A DNA stretch of 64,000 nucleotides from Dehalococcoidia bacterium. Its GTDB lineage: Bacteria > Chloroflexota > Dehalococcoidia > Plut-88900. The stretch spans positions 3,040,001-3,104,000 of the forward strand of contig OZ240215.1 in assembly GCA_965197585.1 (NCBI GenBank), written 5' to 3'. Both the position numbers and the translations under genes were made by a program. The notes under the pieces were generated by a model. It did not search any database, was not told the DNA's origin, and saw nothing but the letters and a program-made list of their open reading frames with translations. Of this stretch, positions 27,815 to 37,587 are shown one piece after another (position 1 is the first letter of the stretch; every line of letters starts with the position of its first letter).

Positions 27815-29284
27815 ATGGTAGGCACGAAGGGCTCACGGAGCCAGCAGATACGGAGCAGCCTGAAGCATCCGATAGTCGATGCTGATGGGCATATGCTGGA
27901 ACTTACCCCCGTGCTCTCGGACTACGTGTGCCAGGTGGGCGGCGCCGACGCCCGCGACCTGTTCGATAAGTCGATGGAAGGGGCTGCGGAGACGGGCAAT
28001 GCCGCTCTCGAAAATGGGAAGACGTGGTTCGAGATGACCCTGGAGGAGAAGAAGGAGGAGTGGGCGTCGGCACTGCCATGGTGGGCCATGCCTACCCGCA
28101 GCGCGCTGGACCGGGCCACGGCCACGGTGCCCAGGGTCCTCAACGACCGGATGGACGAGCTGGGTCTCGACTATGCGGTGCTTTACACCACCACGGGGCT
28201 TGCGTTCGACCGGATAGAGCCGCAGGAGCAGAGGCTCATCGTGTGCCGGGCCATAAACGCTTACGCAGCGGACCTTTACGGGCCGTACTCGCGCCGGATG
28301 ACGCCCGCCGCCATCGTGCCCATGGACACGCCGGAGATAGCCATCCGGGAGATGGAATACGCGGTCAACGAGCTAGGGTTGAAGGTGATCATGCTGCCGG
28401 GCCGCGTGGAGCGGCCAATTGCCAAGTACCGGGATGAGTACCCGGGCGCCGAGCGGTACATCCGGAAGATGGACGTGATCGGGTTGGACAGCGACTATGA
28501 CTACGATCCGTTCTGGAAGCGGTGCCAGGAGTTGAAGATGGTGCCCGCGTCCCACGGCAGCGATGCCGGATGGGGCGCCGTGAGCGTATCCAACTACGTT
28601 TTTAGTCACCTTAGCTCGTTTGCATACGCCCACGAGACGTTCTGCAAGGCGCTGTTCCTTGGCGGGGTGACGAAGCGGTTCCCGGGTCTGAACTTCATGT
28701 TCCTGGAAGGTGGTGTGGCCTGGGCATGCAACCTGTACTCGGACCTGATAGGACACTGGGAGAAGCGGAACGGGAAAGAGATTGGGAGGCTGGACCCCCG
28801 GAACTTGGACATCGAACTGGCTATGGAGCTGGCTCGGGAGTACGGCGAGGGCCGAATATTGGCCCACCTGGACGAGGTGCGGGCCAATTTCGCAGCGCCC
28901 CGCCCCACCCCTCCCAACACCGATGATTGGTCTCACGTTCCCATGGAAAGTGTCGAGGACATGCTGGACCTGTTCGTCGAGCCCTTCTACTTCGGATGCG
29001 AAGCCGACGACCCAATGAACGCGTGGGCCTTTGACTCGAAGGTTAATCCGATGGGGGCCAAGTTGAAGGCGGTGTTCAGCTCGGATATCGGGCACTGGGA
29101 CGTGCCGGACATGCTGGGGGTGGTGGAGGAGGCCTACGAGATGCTGGAGCACGACCTTATGACCGAGGAGGACTTCAGGGCCTTCGTGTTCGAAAACGTG
29201 GTGAAGATGTATGGGGAGGTGAACCCGGACTTTTTCAAGGGCACGGTGGTGGAGTCGGAGGCTGCGAGGGTTTTGCATGGTTAG
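27815..29284 (+). CDS. Amidohydrolase_2 family protein (copy B)
   Basis: IVDADGH and the same conserved motifs as copy A. Confidence 0.9.
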   Translation: MVGTKGSRSQQIRSSLKHPIVDADGHMLELTPVLSDYVCQVGGADARDLFDKSMEGAAETGNAALENGKTWFEMTLEEKKEEWASALPWWAMPTRSALDRATATVPRVLNDRMDELGLDYAVLYTTTGLAFDRIEPQEQRLIVCRAINAYAADLYGPYSRRMTPAAIVPMDTPEIAIREMEYAVNELGLKVIMLPGRVERPIAKYRDEYPGAERYIRKMDVIGLDSDYDYDPFWKRCQELKMVPASHGSDAGWGAVSVSNYVFSHLSSFAYAHETFCKALFLGGVTKRFPGLNFMFLEGGVAWACNLYSDLIGHWEKRNGKEIGRLDPRNLDIELAMELAREYGEGRILAHLDEVRANFAAPRPTPPNTDDWSHVPMESVEDMLDLFVEPFYFGCEADDPMNAWAFDSKVNPMGAKLKAVFSSDIGHWDVPDMLGVVEEAYEMLEHDLMTEEDFRAFVFENVVKMYGEVNPDFFKGTVVESEAARVLHG

Positions 29285-30782
29285 CACGAAGCCGTCCCGG
29301 AGCCAGGAGATACGGAGCCGGGTGGGGCACCCGATCATCGACTCCGACGGGCATACGCTGGAGGTCATGCCCCTGGTTGTGGAGTTCGTGGGGGAGGTCG
29401 GTGGAGCGAAGATGAAGAAGCGGTATGAGGAAGGGCTGGCCCAGGCGGTCGGTGTCCACTGGCACGAGATGTCGCAGGAGCAGCGTAACTATGAGTTCGT
29501 TACGGCGCCCGGATGGTGGTTCGAATCGCCCAAGACGCTAGACAGGGTAACTGCGACGATTCCGAAGCTGCTGCACTCCAGGATGGACGAGATCGGGATA
29601 GACTACGCAGTGCTGTACCCAACGCAGGGGCTCTTCTTCGATCGGATACCGGACCCCGAGGTGCGGCAGGCCGGGTGTCGGGGGCTCAACGCTTACCTGG
29701 CCGAGATATACCGACCCTACGCCGACAGGATGACACCGGCGGCTGCTATTCCAATGCAGACACCGGAGATGGCGATAGAGGAGCTGGAGTATGCCGTCGA
29801 CGTGCTTGGGCTGAAGGTTGCGATGATCGAGGGCCGGGCGATGAGGCCGCTGATCAAGGTGGAGAGGGAGTTCCCGGAGCTTGGCAACGTGGGCCGGAGG
29901 ATGGACCTCCTGACCATAGACAGCGACTATGACTACGACCCGTTCTGGGCCAAGTGTGTCGAACTGAACGTGGCCCCTGCTTCCCACGCCGCGAACATGG
30001 GCTGGGGCACCCGCTCAACCTCCAACTACATGTACAACCACCTTAACACCTTCTCCGTGGCCCACGAGTCGCTGGCGAAGGCGCTGTTCCTGGGTGGGGT
30101 GACCAAGCGGTTCCCGGAGCTCAGAGTGGCGTTCCTGGAGGGGGGAGTCGGGTGGGCGTGCAGGCTGTTCTCTGACATCATCGGGCACTGGGAGAAGCGG
30201 GGCGCAGTCGGAATAAGGCAACTCGACCCCCGGCACCTCGACGTTGAAGCGGTGATGGGATTCATTGCGGAGAAGGGTGAGCCGTCCCAAAAGGCTCGGA
30301 TGGAAGAGATACGGAAATTGTACGTAGTCGGTGAGCCGGCGCCGGAAGAAATCGACGACTTTTCCCGGGTCCCGATGGAGCGGCCCGAGGAGATGCTCGA
30401 CCTGTTCGTGGATCGGTTCTTCTTCGGCTGCGAGGCGGATGACCCGATGAACGCGCATGCGTTCAACACGAAGGTCAACCCGATGGGAGCGAAGCTAAGG
30501 GCGATATTCAGCTCGGACATCGGGCACTGGGACGTGTCGGACGTCCGGGAGGTCGTCGAGGAGGCCTACGAGCTGGTGGAGCATGAGTTGATGACCGACC
30601 AGGACTTCCGGGACTTCACCTTCACCAATGCGGCACACTTCTACGGGGACATGAACCCGGACTTTTTCAAGGGGACGGTTGTGGAGGAGGAGGTGGGGAG
30701 GGAGTTGGGGGGTGGGGGGATGTCCCCACCACCTCTGGATTCCTGCGAAAATAGGAATGATGCTAGTAGAGAATTATGTTGA
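29277..30782 (+). CDS. Amidohydrolase_2 family protein (copy C)
   Basis: Same motifs; overlaps copy B stop; C-terminus reads through a G tract into a family B repeat. Confidence 0.9.
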   Translation: MVSTKPSRSQEIRSRVGHPIIDSDGHTLEVMPLVVEFVGEVGGAKMKKRYEEGLAQAVGVHWHEMSQEQRNYEFVTAPGWWFESPKTLDRVTATIPKLLHSRMDEIGIDYAVLYPTQGLFFDRIPDPEVRQAGCRGLNAYLAEIYRPYADRMTPAAAIPMQTPEMAIEELEYAVDVLGLKVAMIEGRAMRPLIKVEREFPELGNVGRRMDLLTIDSDYDYDPFWAKCVELNVAPASHAANMGWGTRSTSNYMYNHLNTFSVAHESLAKALFLGGVTKRFPELRVAFLEGGVGWACRLFSDIIGHWEKRGAVGIRQLDPRHLDVEAVMGFIAEKGEPSQKARMEEIRKLYVVGEPAPEEIDDFSRVPMERPEEMLDLFVDRFFFGCEADDPMNAHAFNTKVNPMGAKLRAIFSSDIGHWDVSDVREVVEEAYELVEHELMTDQDFRDFTFTNAAHFYGDMNPDFFKGTVVEEEVGRELGGGGMSPPPLDSCENRNDASRELC

Positions 30783-31005
30783 TCGTAATGGTGGCGGTGC
30801 TCACGCGCATGTCATCTGAGGGCACTTGGGTAAGCCTCGGCTTTCCGCACTGGTCGGCTTTCCATGGATGCGTTTATACCGATCTGCCCCCCACAGTCCT
30901 AGGCGGTTAATGCCAAGTTGTGACCTCACTAGTGTGTTGCTATGATGTGGCCTGTATTTCCTGCCAACTCGGTGAGGACTAGAAAAGAGAGTGAAGGAGC
31001 GAGTT

Positions 31006-31281
31006 ATGGTGGCAGAGATTCGTTATCTCACCTTGGACGAGAAGATGAATGGGATATTGGAGGAGCGCATCTTTAAGTATGAAGATCGCTACGAAATGTC
31101 CTCCTGTGAGATGGCTAAGGCTCTGTCAAACGGCACTGAGAGAGAGACGGCGGAGAAGTTGAGGTGGATGTTCGACTATCACGCTCTGGAATACATCCGA
31201 AAACAGATCCACACGAGCGGAACAATTGGGATAACTACAAGTTCATCCATGAGAAGCGGCTTGCCGAACACCCATTTGTAG
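31006..31281 (+). CDS. Putative antitoxin (TumA-like)
   Basis: IFKYEDRYEMSSxEM...G..E....W pattern; GAAGGAG RBS; lower GC. Confidence 0.5.
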   Translation: MVAEIRYLTLDEKMNGILEERIFKYEDRYEMSSCEMAKALSNGTERETAEKLRWMFDYHALEYIRKQIHTSGTIGITTSSSMRSGLPNTHL

Positions 31282-31697
31282 ACCCGTGCAAGCCCCATAC
31301 TCTCCAGTACTACGAGAGTAGCCACAACACTACCGTTGTCGAAGGGTACGTGTTCTGTAAACAGGGTGTCGTCCTCGAAGTAGAGAAAAGGCTTGAAAAG
31401 ACAATTGTGGCGGGCAGGGCACAAGTCCGCGGATTGCAATATCGTTACGTAGCGTGGATTCCGCGGGACTCGTCACCCAGAGGGACACCAATTTTACGCT
31501 ATCACAACATTCACGAACGTGACGATGACTATCATCACCGGGTGTTTAATCCCCAAACGGGCGAGCAAATTCTCTACGAGAAGCTGGAACGGTCCCAGTT
31601 CCCCGTGATGAGTGACATCCTCAATGAAATAGCAGTCATTCTAGAATGCTATCCGGTAGAGCATGTTCTATGCTCCGATAGTGTGCCCGATCATTAA
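31164..31697 (+). CDS. Putative toxin (DUF6516/TumE-like)
   Basis: YRY...ILRYHNIH....YHHR...P.MSDILNEI; overlaps the upstream gene; start uncertain. Confidence 0.5.
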   Translation: MDVRLSRSGIHPKTDPHERNNWDNYKFIHEKRLAEHPFVDPCKPHTLQYYESSHNTTVVEGYVFCKQGVVLEVEKRLEKTIVAGRAQVRGLQYRYVAWIPRDSSPRGTPILRYHNIHERDDDYHHRVFNPQTGEQILYEKLERSQFPVMSDILNEIAVILECYPVEHVLCSDSVPDH

Positions 31698-31860
31698 AGA
31701 AATCCGCTCCTCAAAGTCTCTCCCCTGCCCCCTTGCCACAGCCTCACTTTGAACCGATATTAGTCGATTTAGATCCATGCTTTATAATGCAAAATAACCT
31801 TTAGCAGGATTGGATTCGCCCCTACGCGGAACGGGGACAAAAGGCCAGGAGGAACGGACA

Positions 31861-33318
31861 ATGGTAACTACTAGATCTTCCCGGAGCCAGGAGATACGGA
31901 GCAAGGTGGGCCACCCGATAATCGACTCGGATGGGCACACCCTGGAGCTGTCGCCCGTGCTCTCGGACTACGTATATGAGCAGGGCGGCGCCGACGCCCG
32001 GGACCTGTTCGAAGAGATGATGAAGGGCTCGACGGAGACGGGGGCGGCCGGAAAGACCTGGTTCACCATGACGCCGGAAGAGCGTAAGGAGAACTGGCAT
32101 CCGGCGACGCCCTGGTGGTTTGCACCCACGTCCAACGTTCTGGACCGGGCCACGGCCACCGTGCCGAAAATCCTGAACGAGCGCATGGACGAACTGGGAA
32201 TGGACTATGCGGTCCTGTATACCACGCTGGGTCTCGGGTTTGACCGTATCCAGGGTTTCGAGCAGAGGCTTATCGTGTGCCGGGCTATGAACGCCTGCGC
32301 GGCGGACCTTTACCAGCCCTATTCGCACCGCATGACGCCCGCGGCGGTGATACCGATGGACACGCCGGAGATCGCCATCCGGGAGATGGAGTACGCGGTA
32401 AACGATCTTGGGCTGAAGACGATAATGCTGCCTGGGCGCGTGAATCGGCCCATCCCCAAACACCTGCAGGAGCACCCGGAAGCCGAGGACGTAGCCCGCT
32501 ACATCGACGTGATCGGCTTAGACAGCGAGTACGACTACGATCCCTTCTGGGCCAGGTGCCAGGAGATGGGCATAACGCCCGCCTCCCACGGCAGCGACTT
32601 CTTCTGGGGAGCGGTTTCCACTTCCAAGTACATGTTCAATCACCTGAGCGCCTTCGCCCACGGCCACGACACCTTTGCCAAGGCCCTGTTCATGGGTGGG
32701 GTGACCAAGCGGTTCCCGGGCCTGAACTTCATCTTCCTTGAGGGAGGAGTCGCCTGGGCGTGCAACCTGTACTCGGACATAATAGGTCACTGGGAGAAGC
32801 GCAATGCCCGGGTCATAGGCAGGCTCGACCCCCGACATCTCGACCAGGAGATGATACTGGACCTCGTGCGGGAATACGGCGAGGAAATCATACAGTCGAA
32901 GATCGATGAGATCCGGGAGATGTACGCCACCCCCGACCCTCACCCCGCAGAGCTGGACGACTGGTCTAACGTACCCATGGAGAACATCGAGGAGATGATG
33001 GACCTGTTCGTGGAGCCGTTCTACTTCGGGTGCGAGGCGGATGACCCGATGAACGCCTGGGCCTTCAACTCCAAGGTGAACCCGCTGGGCGCAAGACTGA
33101 AGGCAGTCTTTAGCTCGGATATCGGGCACTGGGACGTGCCGGACATGCGTGAGGTCGTGGAGGAGGCGTACGAGCTGGTGGAGCATGAGCTTATCAACGA
33201 AGACGACTTCCGGGACTTCATGTTTACCAACACTGTCAACCTCTACGGCAAGGTCAACCCCCAGTTCTTCGACGGCACGGCTGTGGAAGCAGAGGCCAGG
33301 GAGCTGCTGGGCCGGTAA
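31861..33318 (+). CDS. Amidohydrolase_2 family protein (copy B')
   Basis: AGGAGG RBS; shares PVLSDYV..GGADARDLF, MDTPEIAIREMEYAVN, MLPGRV, ASHGSD with copy B. Confidence 0.9.
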   Translation: MVTTRSSRSQEIRSKVGHPIIDSDGHTLELSPVLSDYVYEQGGADARDLFEEMMKGSTETGAAGKTWFTMTPEERKENWHPATPWWFAPTSNVLDRATATVPKILNERMDELGMDYAVLYTTLGLGFDRIQGFEQRLIVCRAMNACAADLYQPYSHRMTPAAVIPMDTPEIAIREMEYAVNDLGLKTIMLPGRVNRPIPKHLQEHPEAEDVARYIDVIGLDSEYDYDPFWARCQEMGITPASHGSDFFWGAVSTSKYMFNHLSAFAHGHDTFAKALFMGGVTKRFPGLNFIFLEGGVAWACNLYSDIIGHWEKRNARVIGRLDPRHLDQEMILDLVREYGEEIIQSKIDEIREMYATPDPHPAELDDWSNVPMENIEEMMDLFVEPFYFGCEADDPMNAWAFNSKVNPLGARLKAVFSSDIGHWDVPDMREVVEEAYELVEHELINEDDFRDFMFTNTVNLYGKVNPQFFDGTAVEAEARELLGR

Positions 33319-33345
33319 GCACACGATTCCCGATTGGAGAGAGAA

Positions 33346-34788
33346 ATGATCAGCGCAACGCCATCCAGGTCCCAGGAAATCAGGCGCAAGCTCGGGCACC
33401 CGATTATCGATTCGGACGGGCACACCCTTGAGCTAAGCCCCATCCTGCTCGACTTTGTCGAGAAGATAGGCGGAGGTGATATCAAGAAGCGCTACGAGGA
33501 GGCGTTCCGAGAGGCGTTTAACCGGCGATGGTTCACCATGTCGGCTGAGCAACGGCGCAACGAGTTCGCCACGGCCCCCGCCTGGTGGGTCATGCCCACC
33601 GAGAACAGCCTGGACCGGGCCACTGCCTCCCTGCCTCGACTACTCAACGGGCGGCTCGACGAGCTTGGCATCGACTACGCTGTTCTGTATCCCACACGCA
33701 GCCTTCTGCTCGACCGGATTCGCGATCCCGAGGTGAGGCGGGTCGGGAGCCGAGCTGTGAACGCCTACCACGCCGAGCTATACGGCAGCTACTCCAAGAG
33801 GATGACCACGGCGGCGGCCATTCCCATGCACACGCCGGAAGTCGCCATAGAAGAGCTGGAATACGCCGTCAACGAGCTGGGTATGAAGGTGGCCATGATC
33901 GAGGGCCGGTCCCTGCGTCCCCTCGCCAAGGCCGCCGACGCCCCGGAGCACCTGGCTTACGTCAACGCCCGCATGGACCTGATCGGCATGGACAGCGACT
34001 ACGACTACGACCCGTTCTGGGCCAAGTGCCTGGAGCTTAACGTAGCGCCCGCCTCCCATGCGGCCAACTTGGGCTGGGGCACCCGCTCCACGTCCAACTA
34101 CATGTACAACCACATGGCCACCTTCGCCCTCGCACACGAGCCCGTCGCGAAGGCGCTGTTCATGGGCGGCGTCACCAAGCGGTTCCCGGGCCTGAACATC
34201 GCCTTCCTGGAGGGGGGCGTCGGGTGGGCGTGCCGTCTCTATGCGGACATGGTGGGGCACTGGGTAAAGCGCAACGGCGTCGACATCCACAAGCTCGACC
34301 CCCGGCACCTGGACGTCGACTCGCTGATGAGCATGATTGAGGAGAGCGGCGAGCCCTCGCAGAAGGCTCGGCTCAAGGAGATACGGGACCACTACCTGGC
34401 CGGAGAAACTGCCCCCGAGGAGCTGGACGACTGGTCGGACGTGCCGATGGAGCGGGCCGAGGAGATGCTGGACCTGTTCATAAAGCCCTTCTACTACGGC
34501 TGCGAGGCGGATGATCCCATGAACGCCCACGCCTTCAACTCGAAGGTGAACCCGATGGGAGCGAGGCTGAAGGCGGTGTTTAGCTCGGACATCGGGCACT
34601 GGGACGTGCCGGACATGCGGGAAGTGGTGGAGGAAGCCTACGAGATGGTCGAAGACGAGCTGATAACGGCAGAGGACTTCCGGGACTTCACCTTCACCAA
34701 TGCCGTCCACCTCTACGCGGACATGAACCCGAACTTCTTCAAAGGCACGGTGGTGGAGTCGGCGGCGGGGGAGGAGCTGGGGGGCTAG
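33346..34788 (+). CDS. Amidohydrolase_2 family protein (copy C')
   Basis: Shares KVAMIEGR, NVAPASHAANxGWGTRSTSNYMYNH, GEPSQKAR with copy C. Confidence 0.9.
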   Translation: MISATPSRSQEIRRKLGHPIIDSDGHTLELSPILLDFVEKIGGGDIKKRYEEAFREAFNRRWFTMSAEQRRNEFATAPAWWVMPTENSLDRATASLPRLLNGRLDELGIDYAVLYPTRSLLLDRIRDPEVRRVGSRAVNAYHAELYGSYSKRMTTAAAIPMHTPEVAIEELEYAVNELGMKVAMIEGRSLRPLAKAADAPEHLAYVNARMDLIGMDSDYDYDPFWAKCLELNVAPASHAANLGWGTRSTSNYMYNHMATFALAHEPVAKALFMGGVTKRFPGLNIAFLEGGVGWACRLYADMVGHWVKRNGVDIHKLDPRHLDVDSLMSMIEESGEPSQKARLKEIRDHYLAGETAPEELDDWSDVPMERAEEMLDLFIKPFYYGCEADDPMNAHAFNSKVNPMGARLKAVFSSDIGHWDVPDMREVVEEAYEMVEDELITAEDFRDFTFTNAVHLYADMNPNFFKGTVVESAAGEELGG

Positions 34789-34879
34789 GGCAAGGGCGAC
34801 CTCTGATGAGCCTGGCGCACCTTTATCGCGCCGCGCCCTGTCACGCTATAATGTGACGTCGTTACGCTAGGAGGAGTTC

Positions 34880-35085
34880 TTGAACAAAATTGAGGCACAC
34901 AAACTGGACGAAAAGGTACAATTAAACGGAAAACTTGGTACCGCGCTACATGAATTGTTCAAGCCACTCGGGGGAGTGGATCTGGAAATTCCGCCTAGGG
35001 AGCCGATGCCCGAGCCGCCGAAGTTTGACTAACCCTACGGATGTTGATCCTAATACAAATGCAATTGCCGATTCGAGGCGAGTCA
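34880..35085 (+). pseudogene. FitA-like antitoxin remnant (50 aa) followed by frameshifted VapC/FitB start
   Basis: 34880-35032 encodes ...LGTALHELFKPLGGVDLEIPPREPMPEPPKFD; 35041 reads MLIL/(D)TNAIADSRR; TATAAT at 34847 flanked by GTCAC/GTGAC; AGGAGG RBS. Confidence 0.55.
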
Positions 35086-35139
35086 CGCCGCATATCGGAA
35101 AAGATTGCAGAATTCCGGTGTCGCCTCGGTAGCTAACCC

Positions 35140-37521
35140 ATGAAAGTATCTCTCAAATGGCTCAGGGACTATGTGCCCGTGTCCCTTGAGCCGAAGGAAT
35201 TGGCCCATAAGCTGACGATGGCAGGTCTGGAGGTTGGAGACGTGGAGGAGGTGGGGCAGGCGTGGGAAGGGGTGTCCGTCGGGAGGGTGAGCGAGGTTAA
35301 CAAGCACCCGAACGCCGACCGGCTGAGCCTGTGTATTGTCGACATCCCCGGCGAGACCCATGAGGTGGTCTGCGGTGCCCCGAACGTTGCCGCGGGACAG
35401 AACATCGCCTTTGCCAAGGTCGGGGCGCAGTTGTTCGACGGCCATTCGGGGAAATCGGTCAAGCTGAAGGCGGCGAAGATCCGGGGCGTGGTTTCCAACG
35501 GCATGATCTGTTCCGAGAAAGAGCTAGGGATGTCCGAAGAGCACGAGGGTATCCTGGTATTGCCGGAGGATGCACCGCCAGGAATGCCGCTCTTCGAATA
35601 TCTCGGTGACAGCATCCTGGAACTGGAACTCACGCCTAACCGCCCCGACTGCCTGTCGATGCTCGGGGTTGCGCAGGAGGTTGCGGCCCTTACCGGCGAG
35701 CAGATTACGACCCCGAATGTGGCCTATGAGGAAGAGGCGAGGGCGGCGGTTGACCTGGCGTCGGTGGAGATAGCGGACCCGGACCTGTGCTCCCGGTACA
35801 CGGCCAGCATTGTTACAGGTTTGAAGGTCGGGCCTTCGCCGGTGTGGATGCAGGAACGGCTGAAGGCATGTGGCATGAGGCCCATCAACAACGTGGTCGA
35901 CATCACGAACTACGTGATGATGGAGTACGGCCAACCCCTCCACGCCTTCGACTACGACAAGATCAAAGATCACAAGATAATCGTGAGGCGGGCGAGGGCC
36001 GGGGAGCGGCTGCTTACCCTGGACGGTGAGCTTCGTACCCTGGACCCGGAAATGCAGGTCATTTCTGACCCGGACGGCCCCATCGGCTTGGCCGGGGTGA
36101 TGGGTGGGGGAGACAGCGAGGTTACGGAAGGCACGACGGAGCTGCTCTTGGAGTCGGCCAACTTCGATAACGTAAATATCAGGAGAACGTCGACGCGGCT
36201 GAGACTGCGGAGCGAGGCGTCGTTGCGGTTCGACAAGGGCCTGAGCCCCGAGCTGCCTCCAAGGGGCTTGCGCCGGGCAACGCAATTGCTGGCCGAGCTG
36301 GCTGGGGGCACGGTCGCCAAAGGCATCATCGACGTCTACCCCGGGGCGAAGGAGAGTGCCCCACTTCACATCACCGAGGCGCGGATTAAGCAGGTCCTCG
36401 GCATCCCGATTGGGCTAGAGACGGTTCGGGGGGTGCTGGAGTCGCTGGGGTTCGGGTGTGAGGATGCGGGAGAGGGGACGTTGAAGGTCGACGCGCCGTA
36501 CTGGCGCACCGACATTGGCATCGAGGACGACCTGGTGGAAGAGGTAGCCCGAATCCGGGGCTACGACGACATTCCCACAACGCCGCTATCGGGCCGGATA
36601 CCGCCCAACGAACCCGACGATGCCCGGAGCCTAAGGGATAGGGTGAAGGATGTGTTGGTCGGGTCCGGGATGCAAGAGGTGGTGAATTACTCGCTGTCGG
36701 ACGTGAAGGGGTTGGAGAACGCTGGCCTTTCGCACCTGGCGCAGATGAAGCCGTTGAAGGTGGCGAACCCGCTCCGTGTCGAGCAGGAGTACCTGCGCCT
36801 CAGCTTGAGGCCGGGGCTGCTGGCCAACGTGGAGCACAACAAGAAGTATCATCACGGGCCCCTGCTCATGTTCGAGGCGGGCAAGGTGTACATCCCAAGG
36901 GATAGGGAACTGCCGGAAGAGCAGGAGGTATTGGCGGGAGTCGTGACCGGAGACCCAGACGACCCGATGGATGGATTCCTCCGAGCAAAGGGAGTGCTGG
37001 AGATGATGCTCGGCAGGCTGGGGGTGGAGACGCAGTTCGAAAGGGGCGAGGGAGAAGGGTTGCATCCGGGACGCGTCGTGCAGGTCTCGGCGCGGGGGGA
37101 GCGGTTGGCGGTGTTGGGGGAGGTGCATCCACAGGTGGTAGAGGCGTTCGACATAGATGGGGCGTCGGTGCACGTGTTTGAAGTCGACATGGACCGGCTC
37201 CTGGCACATCTCCCTGCAACCAAGAGATACAGGCCCGTGTCCCGCTACCCGGGTGCGCTTAGAGACCTGGCCCTGATCGTGGACGCGGATACACCTTCGA
37301 CAGCGGTGCAGGAAGTGATCGAGTCGTTCCCGCTGGTAACCTCGGTGGAGCTGTTCGACGTGTACACGGGGGACCAGGTAGCGGAGGACAAGAAATCGCT
37401 GGCATTCCGGGTGCTGTACCAGTCGCCGAGCAGGACGTTGGGGGAGCATGAAGTGAACATGGTGCAGGCGCAGTTACTGGAGAAGCTGGGTCGGGAGACC
37501 GGGGCGGCATTAAGAGGGTAG
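35140..37521 (+). CDS. pheT: Phenylalanine-tRNA ligase beta subunit
   Basis: MKVSLKWL, KHPNADRL, VVCGAPN, TPNRPDCLS, INNVVDITNY, DLVEEVARIRGY, FDX-ACB tail. Confidence 0.98.
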   Translation: MKVSLKWLRDYVPVSLEPKELAHKLTMAGLEVGDVEEVGQAWEGVSVGRVSEVNKHPNADRLSLCIVDIPGETHEVVCGAPNVAAGQNIAFAKVGAQLFDGHSGKSVKLKAAKIRGVVSNGMICSEKELGMSEEHEGILVLPEDAPPGMPLFEYLGDSILELELTPNRPDCLSMLGVAQEVAALTGEQITTPNVAYEEEARAAVDLASVEIADPDLCSRYTASIVTGLKVGPSPVWMQERLKACGMRPINNVVDITNYVMMEYGQPLHAFDYDKIKDHKIIVRRARAGERLLTLDGELRTLDPEMQVISDPDGPIGLAGVMGGGDSEVTEGTTELLLESANFDNVNIRRTSTRLRLRSEASLRFDKGLSPELPPRGLRRATQLLAELAGGTVAKGIIDVYPGAKESAPLHITEARIKQVLGIPIGLETVRGVLESLGFGCEDAGEGTLKVDAPYWRTDIGIEDDLVEEVARIRGYDDIPTTPLSGRIPPNEPDDARSLRDRVKDVLVGSGMQEVVNYSLSDVKGLENAGLSHLAQMKPLKVANPLRVEQEYLRLSLRPGLLANVEHNKKYHHGPLLMFEAGKVYIPRDRELPEEQEVLAGVVTGDPDDPMDGFLRAKGVLEMMLGRLGVETQFERGEGEGLHPGRVVQVSARGERLAVLGEVHPQVVEAFDIDGASVHVFEVDMDRLLAHLPATKRYRPVSRYPGALRDLALIVDADTPSTAVQEVIESFPLVTSVELFDVYTGDQVAEDKKSLAFRVLYQSPSRTLGEHEVNMVQAQLLEKLGRETGAALRG

Positions 37522-37528
37522 GGGAAAT

Positions 37529-37567
37529 TCACCCTCACCCTAGCTCCCTCCCATCAAGGGAGAGGGA
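37529..37567. repeat. Family A REP-like repeat
   Basis: TCACCCTCACCCTAGCTCCCTCCCATCAAGGGAGAGGGA after pheT. Confidence 0.7.
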
Positions 37568-37587
37568 ATAGAAGGCGAGATATTGGC

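Noticed and set aside
29515-29535. GGTTCGAATC tRNA T-loop-like motif
   Set aside because: Inside an amidohydrolase CDS, with no cloverleaf
26222-34788. Diversity-generating retroelement behind the paralog similarity
   Set aside because: No reverse transcriptase, and differences are not adenine-specific
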